From positions 558,001-622,000 of the forward strand of contig AP026148.1 of the NCBI GenBank assembly GCA_030295235.1: DNA of 64,000 nt, read 5' to 3'. This document shows positions 1 through 11,368 of this stretch, one piece after another (positions within the stretch are counted from its first letter, which is position 1; every line of letters starts with the position of its first letter). Made by a program: the position numbers and the translations under genes. Source of the DNA: Fistulifera solaris. Lineage: Eukaryota. The notes beneath the pieces were generated by a model that saw only the letters and a list, made by a program, of their open reading frames with translations, searched no databases and had not been told where the DNA came from.

Positions 1-65
1 CAATCACTTGTCACCAAGTCGCTCTGGGAGCATGAAAGATAGTCTCGTTTGGTAGAAAGTCGCAT
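1..65 (-). CDS. Cassette gene C, 5' end only (runs off the window edge)
   Basis: Identical to 4363-4427, which encodes MRLSTKRDYLSCSQSDLVTSD. Confidence 0.8.
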   Translation of the reverse strand, partial: MRLSTKRDYLSCSQSDLVTSD

Positions 66-681
66 TTTGATTCAAAATAGATGAAACAACAAGGATTTTG
101 GTAATTGGGGTTGTTTTTGTGCGCTTTGCTGCTGCGCTGCTGCGGACCGATGGGCGGATGGACGGACGTATACGTGTACCACTAAGATATTGTAGTGGGA
201 TGCACGTCATTTGTTGGGTAGCGCTCCGATTTATTATGTACACTGTCTTGCAGAGTTAGTTAGTTAAAAGGAAGAAAAAAATACGCCGCACCGCAAATAA
301 TAATACACTCCCCAGCTAGACTAGGTCTAGACTAGTTGATGGGTACCTGTTAACGTTCCATTAAGAATGTCAATCTTGATATCGACATTTGCATTGTCAG
401 CAGCTTCGAAGTGCGAATGAATAGTTTCTAGCTTCTAAGGTAGTTTGTAGTCGAATGAATAGTCCGTTCACCGGAATGCCACTTGACCAATCCTATAGAG
501 TAAACGCAATGAATATACTATAGACTAATATTTTCAAAACAATTTCTAATTACTTGATATGATGTGGATGAAATTTAATGTCTTAAATGGATCGCAATGA
601 AAACGACAACGCAAATAACTACGACGATAACGATTGATTACAAAACACAACGCAGAGAGCAAACACAACGACTCCAGCTCG

Positions 682-1449
682 TCACACTTCAACAGGATCA
701 TCTTGGATCAGTTCTTCGGCAATGGATGTATTGTATTTACGCGCATAAAATTCCAGGACGCCGTAATATTCTTCAAAGGACACGAAACCAGGTACCTTCA
801 TGTCGCGAGGAAGGGTTGGAAGGATTTCACGCACAAACGAACGAAAATGGGCTGGATGGACCAACTTGCCCTCGTGATTTGGATAGAACATCTCTTCCTC
901 TAGTGCATTTTCAATGCAGTGCTTGCTGTCTTCATACTGCTGCTCCTTTAGGCTCTTCTCCTTCTTGGTACTCTTGACGCCATACAAGGAACGCTTCTCG
1001 TCTTCCGTCAACGACTGATGGCTTTGAATGGGTACAACAGTCACATGCTGTGCGAAAGTGACACGACGAGTGGGAGGACTGAAAAAGTCGTCAAGAGCGG
1101 CGTCATAATCACAAGCGAAACACAACGCTTGTCGACCGGGGACCGCAGCAACGCCAGGGCAACCTTCCGCTGCCAGATAGTCATATTCCGGTGCTTCGGA
1201 CAGCAGCTCCTCACCACAAGGACGAGAATTATCAATATCCCAGACAATGATACGATTAGGATTGCGAGGGACACTTTCCGGAGCAGCAGCTTCACGGTCA
1301 AACGCTACGACATCATCTCCGGCGTCGTGGCGAGAACGGAATGCAGCCAACAGCTTGCGGAAAGGACGAATCGTTTGTCGACGCTTTTCCATTGTCTTCT
1401 GATGACTTTTGTTACGTCGAAGGTAGTTAAAACGGCAAGAAACTTTCAT
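682..1449 (-). CDS. Cassette gene A copy 1: hypothetical 255-aa RVxF-motif protein
   Basis: Intact ORF; RRVTF...EKRSLY...LVHPAHF motifs shared with genes B and C. Confidence 0.85.
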   Translation of the reverse strand: MKVSCRFNYLRRNKSHQKTMEKRRQTIRPFRKLLAAFRSRHDAGDDVVAFDREAAAPESVPRNPNRIIVWDIDNSRPCGEELLSEAPEYDYLAAEGCPGVAAVPGRQALCFACDYDAALDDFFSPPTRRVTFAQHVTVVPIQSHQSLTEDEKRSLYGVKSTKKEKSLKEQQYEDSKHCIENALEEEMFYPNHEGKLVHPAHFRSFVREILPTLPRDMKVPGFVSFEEYYGVLEFYARKYNTSIAEELIQDDPVEV

Positions 1450-1808
1450 GTTTAGTTCAGAATTGATAAATCAATAAAGATATCGGTAAAATGGGGTGTT
1501 TTTTTTTTTGTGTGATTGAGAATAATAAGCATACGTTGCTGCTGCGGGCTGCGGAGTGTGGACTATGTCTTAGCGGTAACGATACTGAGAGATTATGTAT
1601 ACCAAGTCGAATGCAACAGGTTACGCTTTACCTGGTACAATAGCGCTACCTGGTATGTTCACACCAGAAAATAGGCAGTAATACGGAGTTCAATCAGCTT
1701 CTATTACTAGGCAAATAATAGGAAACAGAAACAAGCTGCAATAAGATGTCGCTTTGTAGCTATAACTGTTTTTAAGCTTGCTCTCACCAAGTTATACCAA
1801 GAATTTTT

Positions 1809-2191
1809 AAGCTTGCATTACCGTCGTTCTCAACGTACTTTTTAGATAAGGAGCGTGCGCCTACGTTTTCAAGACAACGTCGCCCACGCACAGCTACACA
1901 CTAGACAAGCTAAGAAGTCTCTCTTTACAAAATATCATCTACGATTACATCAAAGCGAAATCAACTTTACAGCTTCAGTTCCTGGCTGATTGATAGACGA
2001 GCAGAAAGAAGCTGCATTTCAGTGCTTTGCGGCTATAAATGTCTCAAAGCTTGCATTTACCGTCGTCCTCAACGTACTTTTTAGATAAGGAGCGTGCGCC
2101 TACGTTTTCAAGACAACGTCGCCCACGCACAGCTACACACTAGACAAGCTAAGAAGTCTCTCTTTACAAAATATCATCTACGATTACATCA
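1809..2191. repeat. Local direct duplication of ~145 bp (1809-1952 and 2047-2191) in the A-B spacer of unit 1
   Basis: aagcttgcatt(t)accgtcg...acgattacatca occurs twice here but once in unit 2 (~6170-6313). Confidence 0.9.
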
Positions 2192-2295
2192 TTATTTCTC
2201 ATAACATCTAAAAAAGAGCAATTGAATCATCACAACACATAGAACGACGAACACTAGAGTAATACTATATGCAACAACAAAGCAACGCTTCTCTT

Positions 2296-3057
2296 TCATC
2301 GACCGGATGATACAAACGCACGATTTGGAAGGACATGATCATAGAAACGCTCGTATTTGAACAAATACTTCTTGTAAGCTTCTACCGACGAGAAACCAGG
2401 TGGTATGGATGTCGGGTCGACGTCAAGGCTGTCAACGATCTCATCCGTGAAAGCACTCCAGTGGGCTGGATGAACCAATTCGCCACAACGATTCCAAAAA
2501 TAGGCGTCTTCTTCCAACACAGTCTCGAGGCATTCATCGCCATACAGACTGCGTTCAAATTCAATCTCCTGACAAATGACATCGCACTCCGCTTGCAAGG
2601 TCTCGAGGTCACGATATAACGAACGCTTTTGCTCGGCTGTAAACAAACAATGATGGGGAATCTCTTTCACCGTCGCAAGATCCGAAGCAAATTGAACACG
2701 ACGAGGCACAGGATGACTGGACGGAGCAATCTTGAGCGAAGAGTGTAACGTCACCGAAGGAGTGCTCGTCTTTAATACTCCCTTTTGAGTCTTGTTCACC
2801 GTCAACAGCGGTTCTTCACGCAATACGGTAAGGGACAGAAGGAAAGAAGAGATTTCATCATCATTGTCGACATCGAAATCACGTGGAAGCAACGATTCCG
2901 CGACACCCGCGTCGCAATCAGAGAGACAGGGAACATCGTCAACATTTTCGGCTTGCAACGACCACAGACGGCTTGTCGGCCGCTGTCGCGTGTCGAAAAT
3001 TGTCTCCAAGGGACTCTTGGAGCATGAAAGGCGGTTTTGTTTGCTGTAAACTTGCAT
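2296..3057 (-). CDS. Cassette gene B copy 1: hypothetical 253-aa RVxF-motif protein
   Basis: Intact ORF; RRVQF...QKRSLY...LEEDAYFWNRCGELVHPAHW. Confidence 0.85.
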   Translation of the reverse strand: MQVYSKQNRLSCSKSPLETIFDTRQRPTSRLWSLQAENVDDVPCLSDCDAGVAESLLPRDFDVDNDDEISSFLLSLTVLREEPLLTVNKTQKGVLKTSTPSVTLHSSLKIAPSSHPVPRRVQFASDLATVKEIPHHCLFTAEQKRSLYRDLETLQAECDVICQEIEFERSLYGDECLETVLEEDAYFWNRCGELVHPAHWSAFTDEIVDSLDVDPTSIPPGFSSVEAYKKYLFKYERFYDHVLPNRAFVSSGR

Positions 3058-3641
3058 TTTGATTCAAAATAGATGAAACAATGAGGAATTTGGTAAAACG
3101 GGGTTGTTTTGTGCGCTAGAGTGAATACAGTAAAAGGCTTGCTGCGGACTGATCGACGGCTGACGGACCGACTAATTTTCTACGACTGCCCTGGTACAAA
3201 ATCGTGTAAGTAGCTCTCACGTAGAGCTTGTAGACTAACGTTTACTCACGAAGAAACGAGAGCGAGGAGCGAGGACGGATTAAAGCTTTGAAGAGCCTGA
3301 TTTCTTTTTGAAAGATCTCTGATAATTACGAAGTGATTTGAAAGCACAACGCGTATTGTGTGAAAAGTCACCTTGCGCTGCAAGCTTCAACAAAAGACGA
3401 CGATACAATACGATACAATACGGTACGATACACAACAACAAAGACGACGTTACCAAAAAAAACTAAGGAGAGGCAGTTCATAGCTATAAAACTGAATACG
3501 GAGTATTTTTTTTAAGAATCATCTACAATAATCACTACTTAACACTTGACATATAACAAGAGCGGTTGAATCATTTCAAATCGCTACTACGGGGAGCACA
3601 ATACAGGGAAAACGAGACAAAATACGCAGTCGAGAAAACGC

Positions 3642-4427
3642 TTACGAATCAAGGGATCGAGGATGGAAGACTCTTTTCCGCATGGCGTTGTCAAAGTATT
3701 GCTCATACTTGGACAACTCATCACTTTGCTTGTACTCGTTCAGTGAGGAAAAGCCAACGACGGGAGTATCGAGGGGAAGACTTGGAAGAATTTCATTCAC
3801 ATACACGAGCCAGTGTGCTGGATGGACTAACTCTCCAAGATGGTTGCGGAAGAAACACCCTTCTTCCAGCGCATCAGCGGCGCCGCAAAGACGTAAACGA
3901 CGCTCAAACCTGATCACCAGGCAAATTTCATCCTTCTCTGCCTGCAACGCACGCTTGTCGCGATACAACGAACGCTTTTCCTCGGCCGTCAACGAATTAT
4001 GATGGGGAATCTCCTTGACAGTGTAGAAACCGGGCACAAATTGTACACGGCGAGACGCACGATGATTTTCAAGAAAAGAACTGCTTGAAGAGCCACGAGA
4101 CGAAGTGACATTCAACGAAAGCAGCGCCTGAACAGTGCTCTGTGCCCACGCGGCGTTCTCGTTCTCGCAAATCCACGACTGCATCTCTTCACGCGATTCC
4201 GCAAACGAAAGAATGAACGACATCTCGTTATCAGGAATCAATTCACAAGGAACGGAATCGGAGAGGAAGGGGACATCATCATCATTGTCGTCTCGAAAGT
4301 CGACAGGTGATCGAAGAGAAGCGAACAACGACTGAACAGGGCCTTCCGTGCGCTGCCGCTTGCAATCACTTGTCACCAAGTCGCTCTGGGAGCATGAAAG
4401 ATAGTCTCGTTTGGTAGAAAGTCGCAT
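3642..4427 (-). CDS. Cassette gene C: hypothetical 261-aa RVxF-motif protein
   Basis: Intact ORF; RRVQF...EKRSLY...LEEGCFFRNHLGELVHPAHW. Confidence 0.85.
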   Translation of the reverse strand: MRLSTKRDYLSCSQSDLVTSDCKRQRTEGPVQSLFASLRSPVDFRDDNDDDVPFLSDSVPCELIPDNEMSFILSFAESREEMQSWICENENAAWAQSTVQALLSLNVTSSRGSSSSSFLENHRASRRVQFVPGFYTVKEIPHHNSLTAEEKRSLYRDKRALQAEKDEICLVIRFERRLRLCGAADALEEGCFFRNHLGELVHPAHWLVYVNEILPSLPLDTPVVGFSSLNEYKQSDELSKYEQYFDNAMRKRVFHPRSLDS

Positions 4428-5042
4428 TTTGATTCAAAATAGATGAAACAACAAGGATTTTGGTAATTGGGGTTGTTTTTGTGCGCTTTGCTGCTGCGCT
4501 GCTGCGGACCGATGGGCGGATGGACGGACGTATACGTGTACCACTAAGATATTGTAGTGGGATGCACGTCATTTGTTGGGTAGCGCTCCGATTTATTATG
4601 TACACTGTCTTGCAGAGTTAGTTAGTTAAAAGGAAGAAAAAATACGCCGCACCGCAAATAATAATACACTCCCCAGCTAGACTAGGTCTAGACTAGTTGA
4701 TGGGTACCTGTTAACGTTCCATTAAGAATGTCAATCTTGATATCGACATTTGCATTGTCAGCAGCTTCGAAGTGCGAATGAATAGTTTCTAGCTTCTAAG
4801 GTAGTTTGTAGTCGAATGAATAGTCCGTTCACCGGAATGCCACTTGACCAATCCTATAGAGTAAACGCAATGAATATACTATAGACTAATATTTTCAAAA
4901 CAATTTCTAATTACTTGATATGATGTGGATGAAATTTAATGTCTTAAATGGATCGCAATGAAAACGACAACGCAAATAACTACGACGATAACGATTGATT
5001 ACAAAACACAACGCAGAGAGCAAACACAACGACTCCAGCTCG

Positions 5043-5810
5043 TCACACTTCAACAGGATCATCTTGGATCAGTTCTTCGGCAATGGATGTATTGTATTTA
5101 CGCGCATAAAATTCCAGGACGCCGTAATATTCTTCAAAGGACACGAAACCAGGTACCTTCATGTCGCGAGGAAGGGTTGGAAGGACTTCACGCACAAACG
5201 AACGAAAATGGGCTGGATGGACCAACTTGCCCTCGTGATTTGGATAGAACATCTCTTCCTCTAGTGCATTTTCAATGCAGTGCTTGCTGTCTTCATATTG
5301 CTGCTCCTTTAGGCTCTTCTCCTTCTTGGTACTCTTGACGCCATACAAGGAACGCTTCTCGTCTTCCGTCAACGACTGATGGCTTTGAATGGGTACAACA
5401 GTCACATGCTGTGCGAAAGTGACACGACGAGTGGGAGGACTGAAAAAGTCGTCAAGAGCGGCGTCATAATCACAAGCGAAACACAACGCTTGTCGACCGG
5501 GGACCGCAGCAACGCCAGGGCAACCTTCCGCTGCCAGATAGTCATATTCCGGTGCTTCGGACAGCAGCTCCCCACCACGAGGACGAGAATTATCAATATC
5601 CCAGACAATGATACGATAAGGATTGCGAGGGACACTTTCCGGAGCAGCAGCTTCACGGTCAAACGATACAACATCATCTCCGGCGTCGTGGCGAGAACGG
5701 AATGCAGCCAACAGCTTGCGGAAAGGACGAATCGTTTGTCGACGCTTTTCCATTGTCTTCTGATGACTTTTGGGACGTCGAAGGTAGTTAAAACGGCAAG
5801 AAACTTTCAT
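5043..5810 (-). CDS. Cassette gene A copy 2
   Basis: Near-identical to 682-1449; start set at the homologous MKVSC ATG (5810) rather than 5915. Confidence 0.85.
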   Translation of the reverse strand: MKVSCRFNYLRRPKSHQKTMEKRRQTIRPFRKLLAAFRSRHDAGDDVVSFDREAAAPESVPRNPYRIIVWDIDNSRPRGGELLSEAPEYDYLAAEGCPGVAAVPGRQALCFACDYDAALDDFFSPPTRRVTFAQHVTVVPIQSHQSLTEDEKRSLYGVKSTKKEKSLKEQQYEDSKHCIENALEEEMFYPNHEGKLVHPAHFRSFVREVLPTLPRDMKVPGFVSFEEYYGVLEFYARKYNTSIAEELIQDDPVEV

Positions 5811-6418
5811 GATTGGTGCAGAATTGATGAAACAATAAAGATATCGGTAAAATGGGGTGTTTTTTTGTGTGAGAATAATAAAGCATACCAGGTACGTTGC
5901 TGCTGCGGGCTGCAAAGTGTGGACTATGTCTTAGTGGTAACGATACTGAGAGATTATGTATACCAAGTCGAATGCAACAGGTTACGCTTTACCTGGTACA
6001 ATAGCGCTACCTGGTATGTTCACACCAGAAAATAGGCAGTAATACGGAGTTCAATCAGCTTCTATTACTAGGCAAATAATAGGAAACAGAAACAAGCTGC
6101 AATAAGATGTTGCTTTGTAGCTATAACTGTTTTTAAGCTTGCTCTCACCAAGTTATACCAAGAATTTTTAAGCTTGCATTACCGTCGTCCTCAACGTACT
6201 TTTTTAGATAAGGAGCGTGCGCCTACGTTTTCAAGACAACGTCGCCCACGCACAGCTACACACTAGACAAGCTAAGAAGTCTCTCTTTACAAAATATCAT
6301 CTACGATTACATCATTATTTCTCATAACATCTAAAAAAGAGCAATTGAATCATCACAACACATAGAACGACGAACACTAGAGTAATACTATATGCAACAA
6401 CAAAGCAACGCTTCTCTT

Positions 6419-7180
6419 TCATCGACCGGATGATACAAACGCACGATTTGGAAGGACATGATCATAGAAACGCTCGTATTTGAACAAATACTTCTTGTAA
6501 GCTTCTACCGACGAGAAACCAGGTGGTATGGATGTCGGGTCGACGTCAAGGCTGTCAACGATCTCATCCGTGAAAGCACTCCAGTGGGCTGGATGAACCA
6601 ATTCGCCACAACGATTCCAAAAATAGGCGTCTTCTTCCAACACAGTCTCGAGGCATTCATCGCCATACAGACTGCGTTCAAATTCAATCTCCTGACAAAT
6701 GACATCGCACTCCGCTTGCAAGGTCTCGAGGTCACGATATAACGAACGCTTTTGCTCGGCTGTAAACAAACAATGATGGGGAATCTCTTTCACCGTCGTA
6801 AGATCCGAAGCAAATCGAACACGACGAGGCACAGGATGACTGGATGGAGCAATCTTGCGCGAAGAGTGTAACGTCACCGAAGGAGTGCTCGTCTTTAATA
6901 CTCCCTTTTGAGTCTTGTTCACCGTCAACAGCGGTTCTTCACGCAATACGGTAAGGGACAGAAGGAAAGAAGAGATTTCATCATCATTGTCGACATCGAA
7001 ATCACGTGGAAGCAACGATTCCGCGACACCCGCGTCGCAATCAGTGAGACAGGGAACATCGTCAACATTTTCGGCTTGCAACGACCACAGAGGGCTTGTC
7101 AGTCGCTGTAGCGTGTCGAAAATCGTCTCCGAGGGACTCTTGGAGCATGAAAGGTGGTTTTGTTTGCTGTAAACTTGCAT
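6419..7180 (-). CDS. Cassette gene B copy 2
   Basis: Intact 253-aa ORF, near-identical to 2296-3057. Confidence 0.85.
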   Translation of the reverse strand: MQVYSKQNHLSCSKSPSETIFDTLQRLTSPLWSLQAENVDDVPCLTDCDAGVAESLLPRDFDVDNDDEISSFLLSLTVLREEPLLTVNKTQKGVLKTSTPSVTLHSSRKIAPSSHPVPRRVRFASDLTTVKEIPHHCLFTAEQKRSLYRDLETLQAECDVICQEIEFERSLYGDECLETVLEEDAYFWNRCGELVHPAHWSAFTDEIVDSLDVDPTSIPPGFSSVEAYKKYLFKYERFYDHVLPNRAFVSSGR

Positions 7181-7775
7181 TTTGATTCAAAATAGATGAA
7201 ACAATGAGGAATTTGGTAAAACGGGGTTGTTTTGTGCGCTAGAGTGAATACAGTAAAAGGCTTGCTGCGGACTGATCGACGGCTGACGGACCGACTAATT
7301 TTCTACGACTGCCCTGGTACAAAATCGTGTAAGTAGCTCTCACGTAGAGCTTGTAGACTAACGTTTACTCACGAAGAAACGAGAGCGAGGAGCGAGGACG
7401 GATTAAAGCTTTGAAGAGCCTGATTTCTTTTTGAAAGATCTCTGATAATTACGAAGTGATTTGAAAGCACAACGCGTATTGTGTGAAAAGTCACCTTGCG
7501 CTGCAAGCTTCAACAAAAGACGACGATACAATACGATACGATACCATACCTTACGATACACAACAACAAAGACGACGTTACCAAGAAAACTAAGGAGAGG
7601 CAGTTCATAGCTATAAAACTGAATACGGAGTATTTTTTTTAAGAATCATCTACAATAATCACTACTTAAAACTTGACATATAACAAGAGCGGTTGAATCG
7701 TTTCAAATCGCTACTACGGGGAGCACAATACAGGGAAAACGAGACAAAATACGCAGTCGAGAAAACGCTTACGAA

Positions 7776-8555
7776 TCAAGGGATCGAGGGATGGAAGACT
7801 CTTTTCCGCATGGCGTTGTCAAAGTATTGCTCATACTTGGACAACTCATCACTTTGCTTGTACTCGTTCAGTGAGGAAAAGCCAACGACGGGAGTATCGA
7901 GGGGAAGACTTGGAAGAATTTCATTCACATACACGAGCCAGTGTGCTGGATGGACTAACTCTCCAAGATGGTTGCGGAAGAAACACCCTTCTTCCAGCGC
8001 ATCAGCGGCGCCGCAAAGACGTAAACGACGCTCAAACCTGATCTCCAGGCAGATCTCATCCTTCTCTGCCTGCAACGCACGCTTGTCGCGATACAACGAA
8101 CGCTTTTCCTCGGCCGTCAACGAATTATGATGGGGAATCTCCTTGACAGTGTAGAAACCGGGCACAAATTGTACACGGCGAGACGCACGATGATTTTCAA
8201 GAAAAGAACTGCTTGAAGAGCCACGAGACGAAGTGACATTCAACGAAAGCAGCGCCTGAACAGTGCTCTGTGCCCACGCGGCGTTCTCGTTCTCGCAAAT
8301 CCACGACTGCATCTCTTCACGCGATTCCGCAAACGAAAGAATGAACGACATCTCGTTATCAGGAATCAATTCACAAGGAACGGAATCGGAGAGGAAGGGG
8401 ACATCATCATCATTGTCGTCTCGAAAGTCGACAGGTGATCGAAGAGAAGCGAACAACGACTGAACAGGGCCTTCCGTGCGCTGCCGCTTGCAATCACTTG
8501 TCACCAAGTCGCTCTGGGAGCATGAAAGATAGTCTCGTTTGGTAGAAAGTCGCAT
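7776..8555 (-). CDS. Cassette gene C copy (HPSIP C-terminus)
   Basis: Intact 259-aa ORF, near-identical to 3642-4427. Confidence 0.85.
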   Translation of the reverse strand: MRLSTKRDYLSCSQSDLVTSDCKRQRTEGPVQSLFASLRSPVDFRDDNDDDVPFLSDSVPCELIPDNEMSFILSFAESREEMQSWICENENAAWAQSTVQALLSLNVTSSRGSSSSSFLENHRASRRVQFVPGFYTVKEIPHHNSLTAEEKRSLYRDKRALQAEKDEICLEIRFERRLRLCGAADALEEGCFFRNHLGELVHPAHWLVYVNEILPSLPLDTPVVGFSSLNEYKQSDELSKYEQYFDNAMRKRVFHPSIP

Positions 8556-9173
8556 TTTGATTCAAAATAGATGAAACAACAAGGATTTTGGTAATTGGGG
8601 TTGTTTTTGTGCGCTTTGCTGCTGCGCTGCTGCGGACCGATGGGCGGATGGACGGACGTATACGTGTACCACTAAGATATTGTAGTGGGATGCACGTCAT
8701 TTGTTGGGTAGCGCTCCGATTTATTATGTACACTGTCTTGCAGAGTTAGTTAGTTAAAAGGAAGAAAAAAATACGCCGCACCGCAAATAATAATACACTC
8801 CCCAGCTAGACTAGGTCTCTAGACTAGTTGATGGGTCCCTGTTAACGTTCCATTAAGAATGTCAATCTTGATATCGACATTTGCATTGTCAGCAGCTTCG
8901 AAGTGCGAATGAATAGTTTCTAGCTTCTAAGGTAGTTTGTAGTCGAATGAATAGTCCGTTCACCGGAATGCCACTTGACCAATCCTATAGAGTAAACGCA
9001 ATGAATATACTATAGACTAATATTTTCAAAACAATTTCTAATTACTTGATATGATGTGGATGAAATTTAATGTCTTAAATGGATCGCAATGAAAACGACA
9101 ACGCAAATAACTACGACGATAACGATTGATTACAAAACACAACGCAGAGAGCAAACACAACGACTCCAGCTCG

Positions 9174-9941
9174 TCACACTTCAACGGGATCATCTTGGAT
9201 CAGTTCTTCGGCAATGGATGTATTGTATTTACGCGCATAAAATTCCAGGACGCCGTAATATTCTTCAAAGGACACGTAACCAGGTACCTTCATGTCGCGA
9301 GGAAGGGTTGGAAGGACTTCACGCACAAACGAACGAAAATGGGCTGGATGGACCAACTTGCCCTCGTGATTTGGATAGAACATCTCTTCCTCTAGTGCAT
9401 TTTCAATGCAGTGCTTGCTGTCTTCATACTGCTGCTCCTTTAGGCTCTTCTCCTTCTTGGTACTCTTGACGCCATACAAGGAACGCTTCTCGTCTTCCGT
9501 CAACGACTGATGGCTTTGAATGGGTACAACAGTCACATGCTGTGCGAAAGTGACACGACGAGTGGGAGGACTGAAAAAGTCGTCAAGAGCGGCGTCATAA
9601 TCACAAGCGAAACACAACGCTTGTCGACCGGGGACCGCAGCAACGCCAGGGCAACCTTCCGCTGCCAGATAGTCATATTCCGGTGCTTCGGACAGCAGCT
9701 CCTCACCACAAGGACGAGAATTATCAATATCCCAGACAATGATACGATTAGGATTGCGAGGGACACTTTCCGGAGCAGCAGCTTCACGGTCAAACGCTAC
9801 GACATCATCTCCGGCGTCGTGGCGAGAACGGAATGCAGCCAACAGCTTGCGGAAAGGACGAATCGTTTGTCGACGCTTTTCCATTGTCTTCTGATGACTT
9901 TTGGGACGTCGAAGATAGCTAAAACGGCAAGAAACTTTCAT
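9174..9941 (-). CDS. Cassette gene A copy 3 (right end of array)
   Basis: Intact 255-aa ORF. Confidence 0.85.
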   Translation of the reverse strand: MKVSCRFSYLRRPKSHQKTMEKRRQTIRPFRKLLAAFRSRHDAGDDVVAFDREAAAPESVPRNPNRIIVWDIDNSRPCGEELLSEAPEYDYLAAEGCPGVAAVPGRQALCFACDYDAALDDFFSPPTRRVTFAQHVTVVPIQSHQSLTEDEKRSLYGVKSTKKEKSLKEQQYEDSKHCIENALEEEMFYPNHEGKLVHPAHFRSFVREVLPTLPRDMKVPGYVSFEEYYGVLEFYARKYNTSIAEELIQDDPVEV

Positions 9942-10264
9942 GTTTGGTTCAGAATTGATGAATCAATAAAGATATCGGTAAATTGGGGTGTTTTTGTGCG
10001 AGAGTGCGGAAATCGAGGCGCTACTGCGGATTGCGGATGGACTGACGGTCGACGTCGCATTCGTAACTCAATTGAGTCAGTCACTTTTTTCGGATTTAGT
10101 CTTTATAGGAAGAGTAGGACGAAGCAACGCGAACTCCAGACATACACGGTTCTCCGAGCGTGCGAAGAAACAACAAACAGCAACAATTCTCATTTTTGAC
10201 ATTCTTTCTTTCCTTCTTTCGCCTTCATCGGCCACAATTGAGACAATTCATAGCAAATTCAACA

Positions 10265-11241
10265 ATGACCGACACGACATCGTCCCATCCGGATTTAGAA
10301 GCCGGCGAATCATCCACATTACCGCCCAAACGCAGCGACAGTCGTCTCTTGAATGGTCTTCAACGACCCGGCACAAAAGCCCCGAAAGATGCCTTGAAGG
10401 CCGTCTATGCCGCGGGTGTCTACAAGGCGAATTTACCTCTCGATATACTGCTGGTACAAACCTTCATGGCCGGTTTTTATATCGCCATGGCGGGACAATT
10501 CTTTCTCAGTGTCGGTGGTGATTTTTTAGGAGCCGCCATGTTTCCTGTCGGGTTGGTGGCCGTCGTTTTAACAAGTGGGGAATTGTTTACCGGAGATGCG
10601 TTAGTCTTTATTACCGCATGGTTGGGACAAAAGTCACCTCCAAGCAGTTAGCGCGCAACTGGACTGTTGCGTGGCTCGGCAATTTCCTGGGCGCATTGAC
10701 TTGGGCCTCCTTATTGAGTTACGCGTCGGATGCTCTGCACGACAAAGGACAAGTGGAATTAGCGATTCATATCGCGCAAAAGAAAGCCTTGCAACCATGG
10801 TTTCATATCTTTTTGAAAGGCATTGGGGCGAATGTCATGGTGTGTTTGGGAATATGGATGGCCACGTGTTCCGAAGAAGTGGCGGGCAAAATATTGGCCA
10901 TTTGGTTCCCTACCACAGGCTTTGTGATCATGGGATTCGAACATTCCATTGCCAATCAATACTTTTTACCCCTCGGAATGATGTTGATGGCACAACATCC
11001 CGAAATTGAAGGTCCTCGCATCACGGTACAACACCTCCTTTTTAAGGCATTGTTGCCAGCGACCTTGGGAAATTTGGTCGGTGGCGGTATCTTCATTGGT
11101 GCCATTTATTGGTACGCCTTTGATTCGATGGAATCGATGAATCGCGTTAGAGAACGAATTGGGCGGGCGTGGTCGTCACGGCCGCATTATCATCACAAAA
11201 AGCAGGATCAACACGAACAGGCTTCTCAAGATAGTGCCTGA
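10265..11241 (+). CDS. Formate/nitrite transporter (FNT/NAR1-like); 1-bp frameshift near 10630
   Basis: Motifs MAGFYIAMAG, FPVGL...ELFTGD, GNFLGA, GIGANVMVCLG, GFEHSIANQY, GNLVGG split across two frames at an A-run (ggacaaaagtc). Confidence 0.9.
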
Positions 11242-11368
11242 GATCCTATACGATGAATGACGTGAGACGTTGGCGAAGAAACTAACTTGTCAACAAAAAC
11301 ATCTCTAGTGTAACGTTTGTATCTATCATAGTAACCATCCCCTTTCATACAGCATGTGATTCTTCTAT

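Larger units (their letters stand above)
1..9998. repeat. Head-to-tail tandem array of a three-gene cassette (unit 1: 1-4362; unit 2: 4363-8490; partial unit 3: 8491-~9998); continues beyond the left edge
   Basis: The sequence caatcacttgtcaccaagtc recurs at 1, 4363 and 8491; near-identical ORFs recur at offsets of 4362 and 4128 bp. Confidence 0.97.

Noticed and set aside
3400..3430. Short periodic repeats as a CRISPR-like array
   Set aside because: Simple 5-bp microsatellite without unique spacers; eukaryotic context
5811..5915. 35-aa N-terminal extension of gene A copy 2
   Set aside because: Overlaps the shared upstream element and is not open in the other A copies
4..9793. Repeated short or antisense ORFs in the cassette (e.g. 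MYIINRS, MKTTTQI, MALNGYN, MIIETLV)
   Set aside because: They recur only because the DNA is duplicated; they overlap A/B/C in other frames and share no cross-paralog motifs
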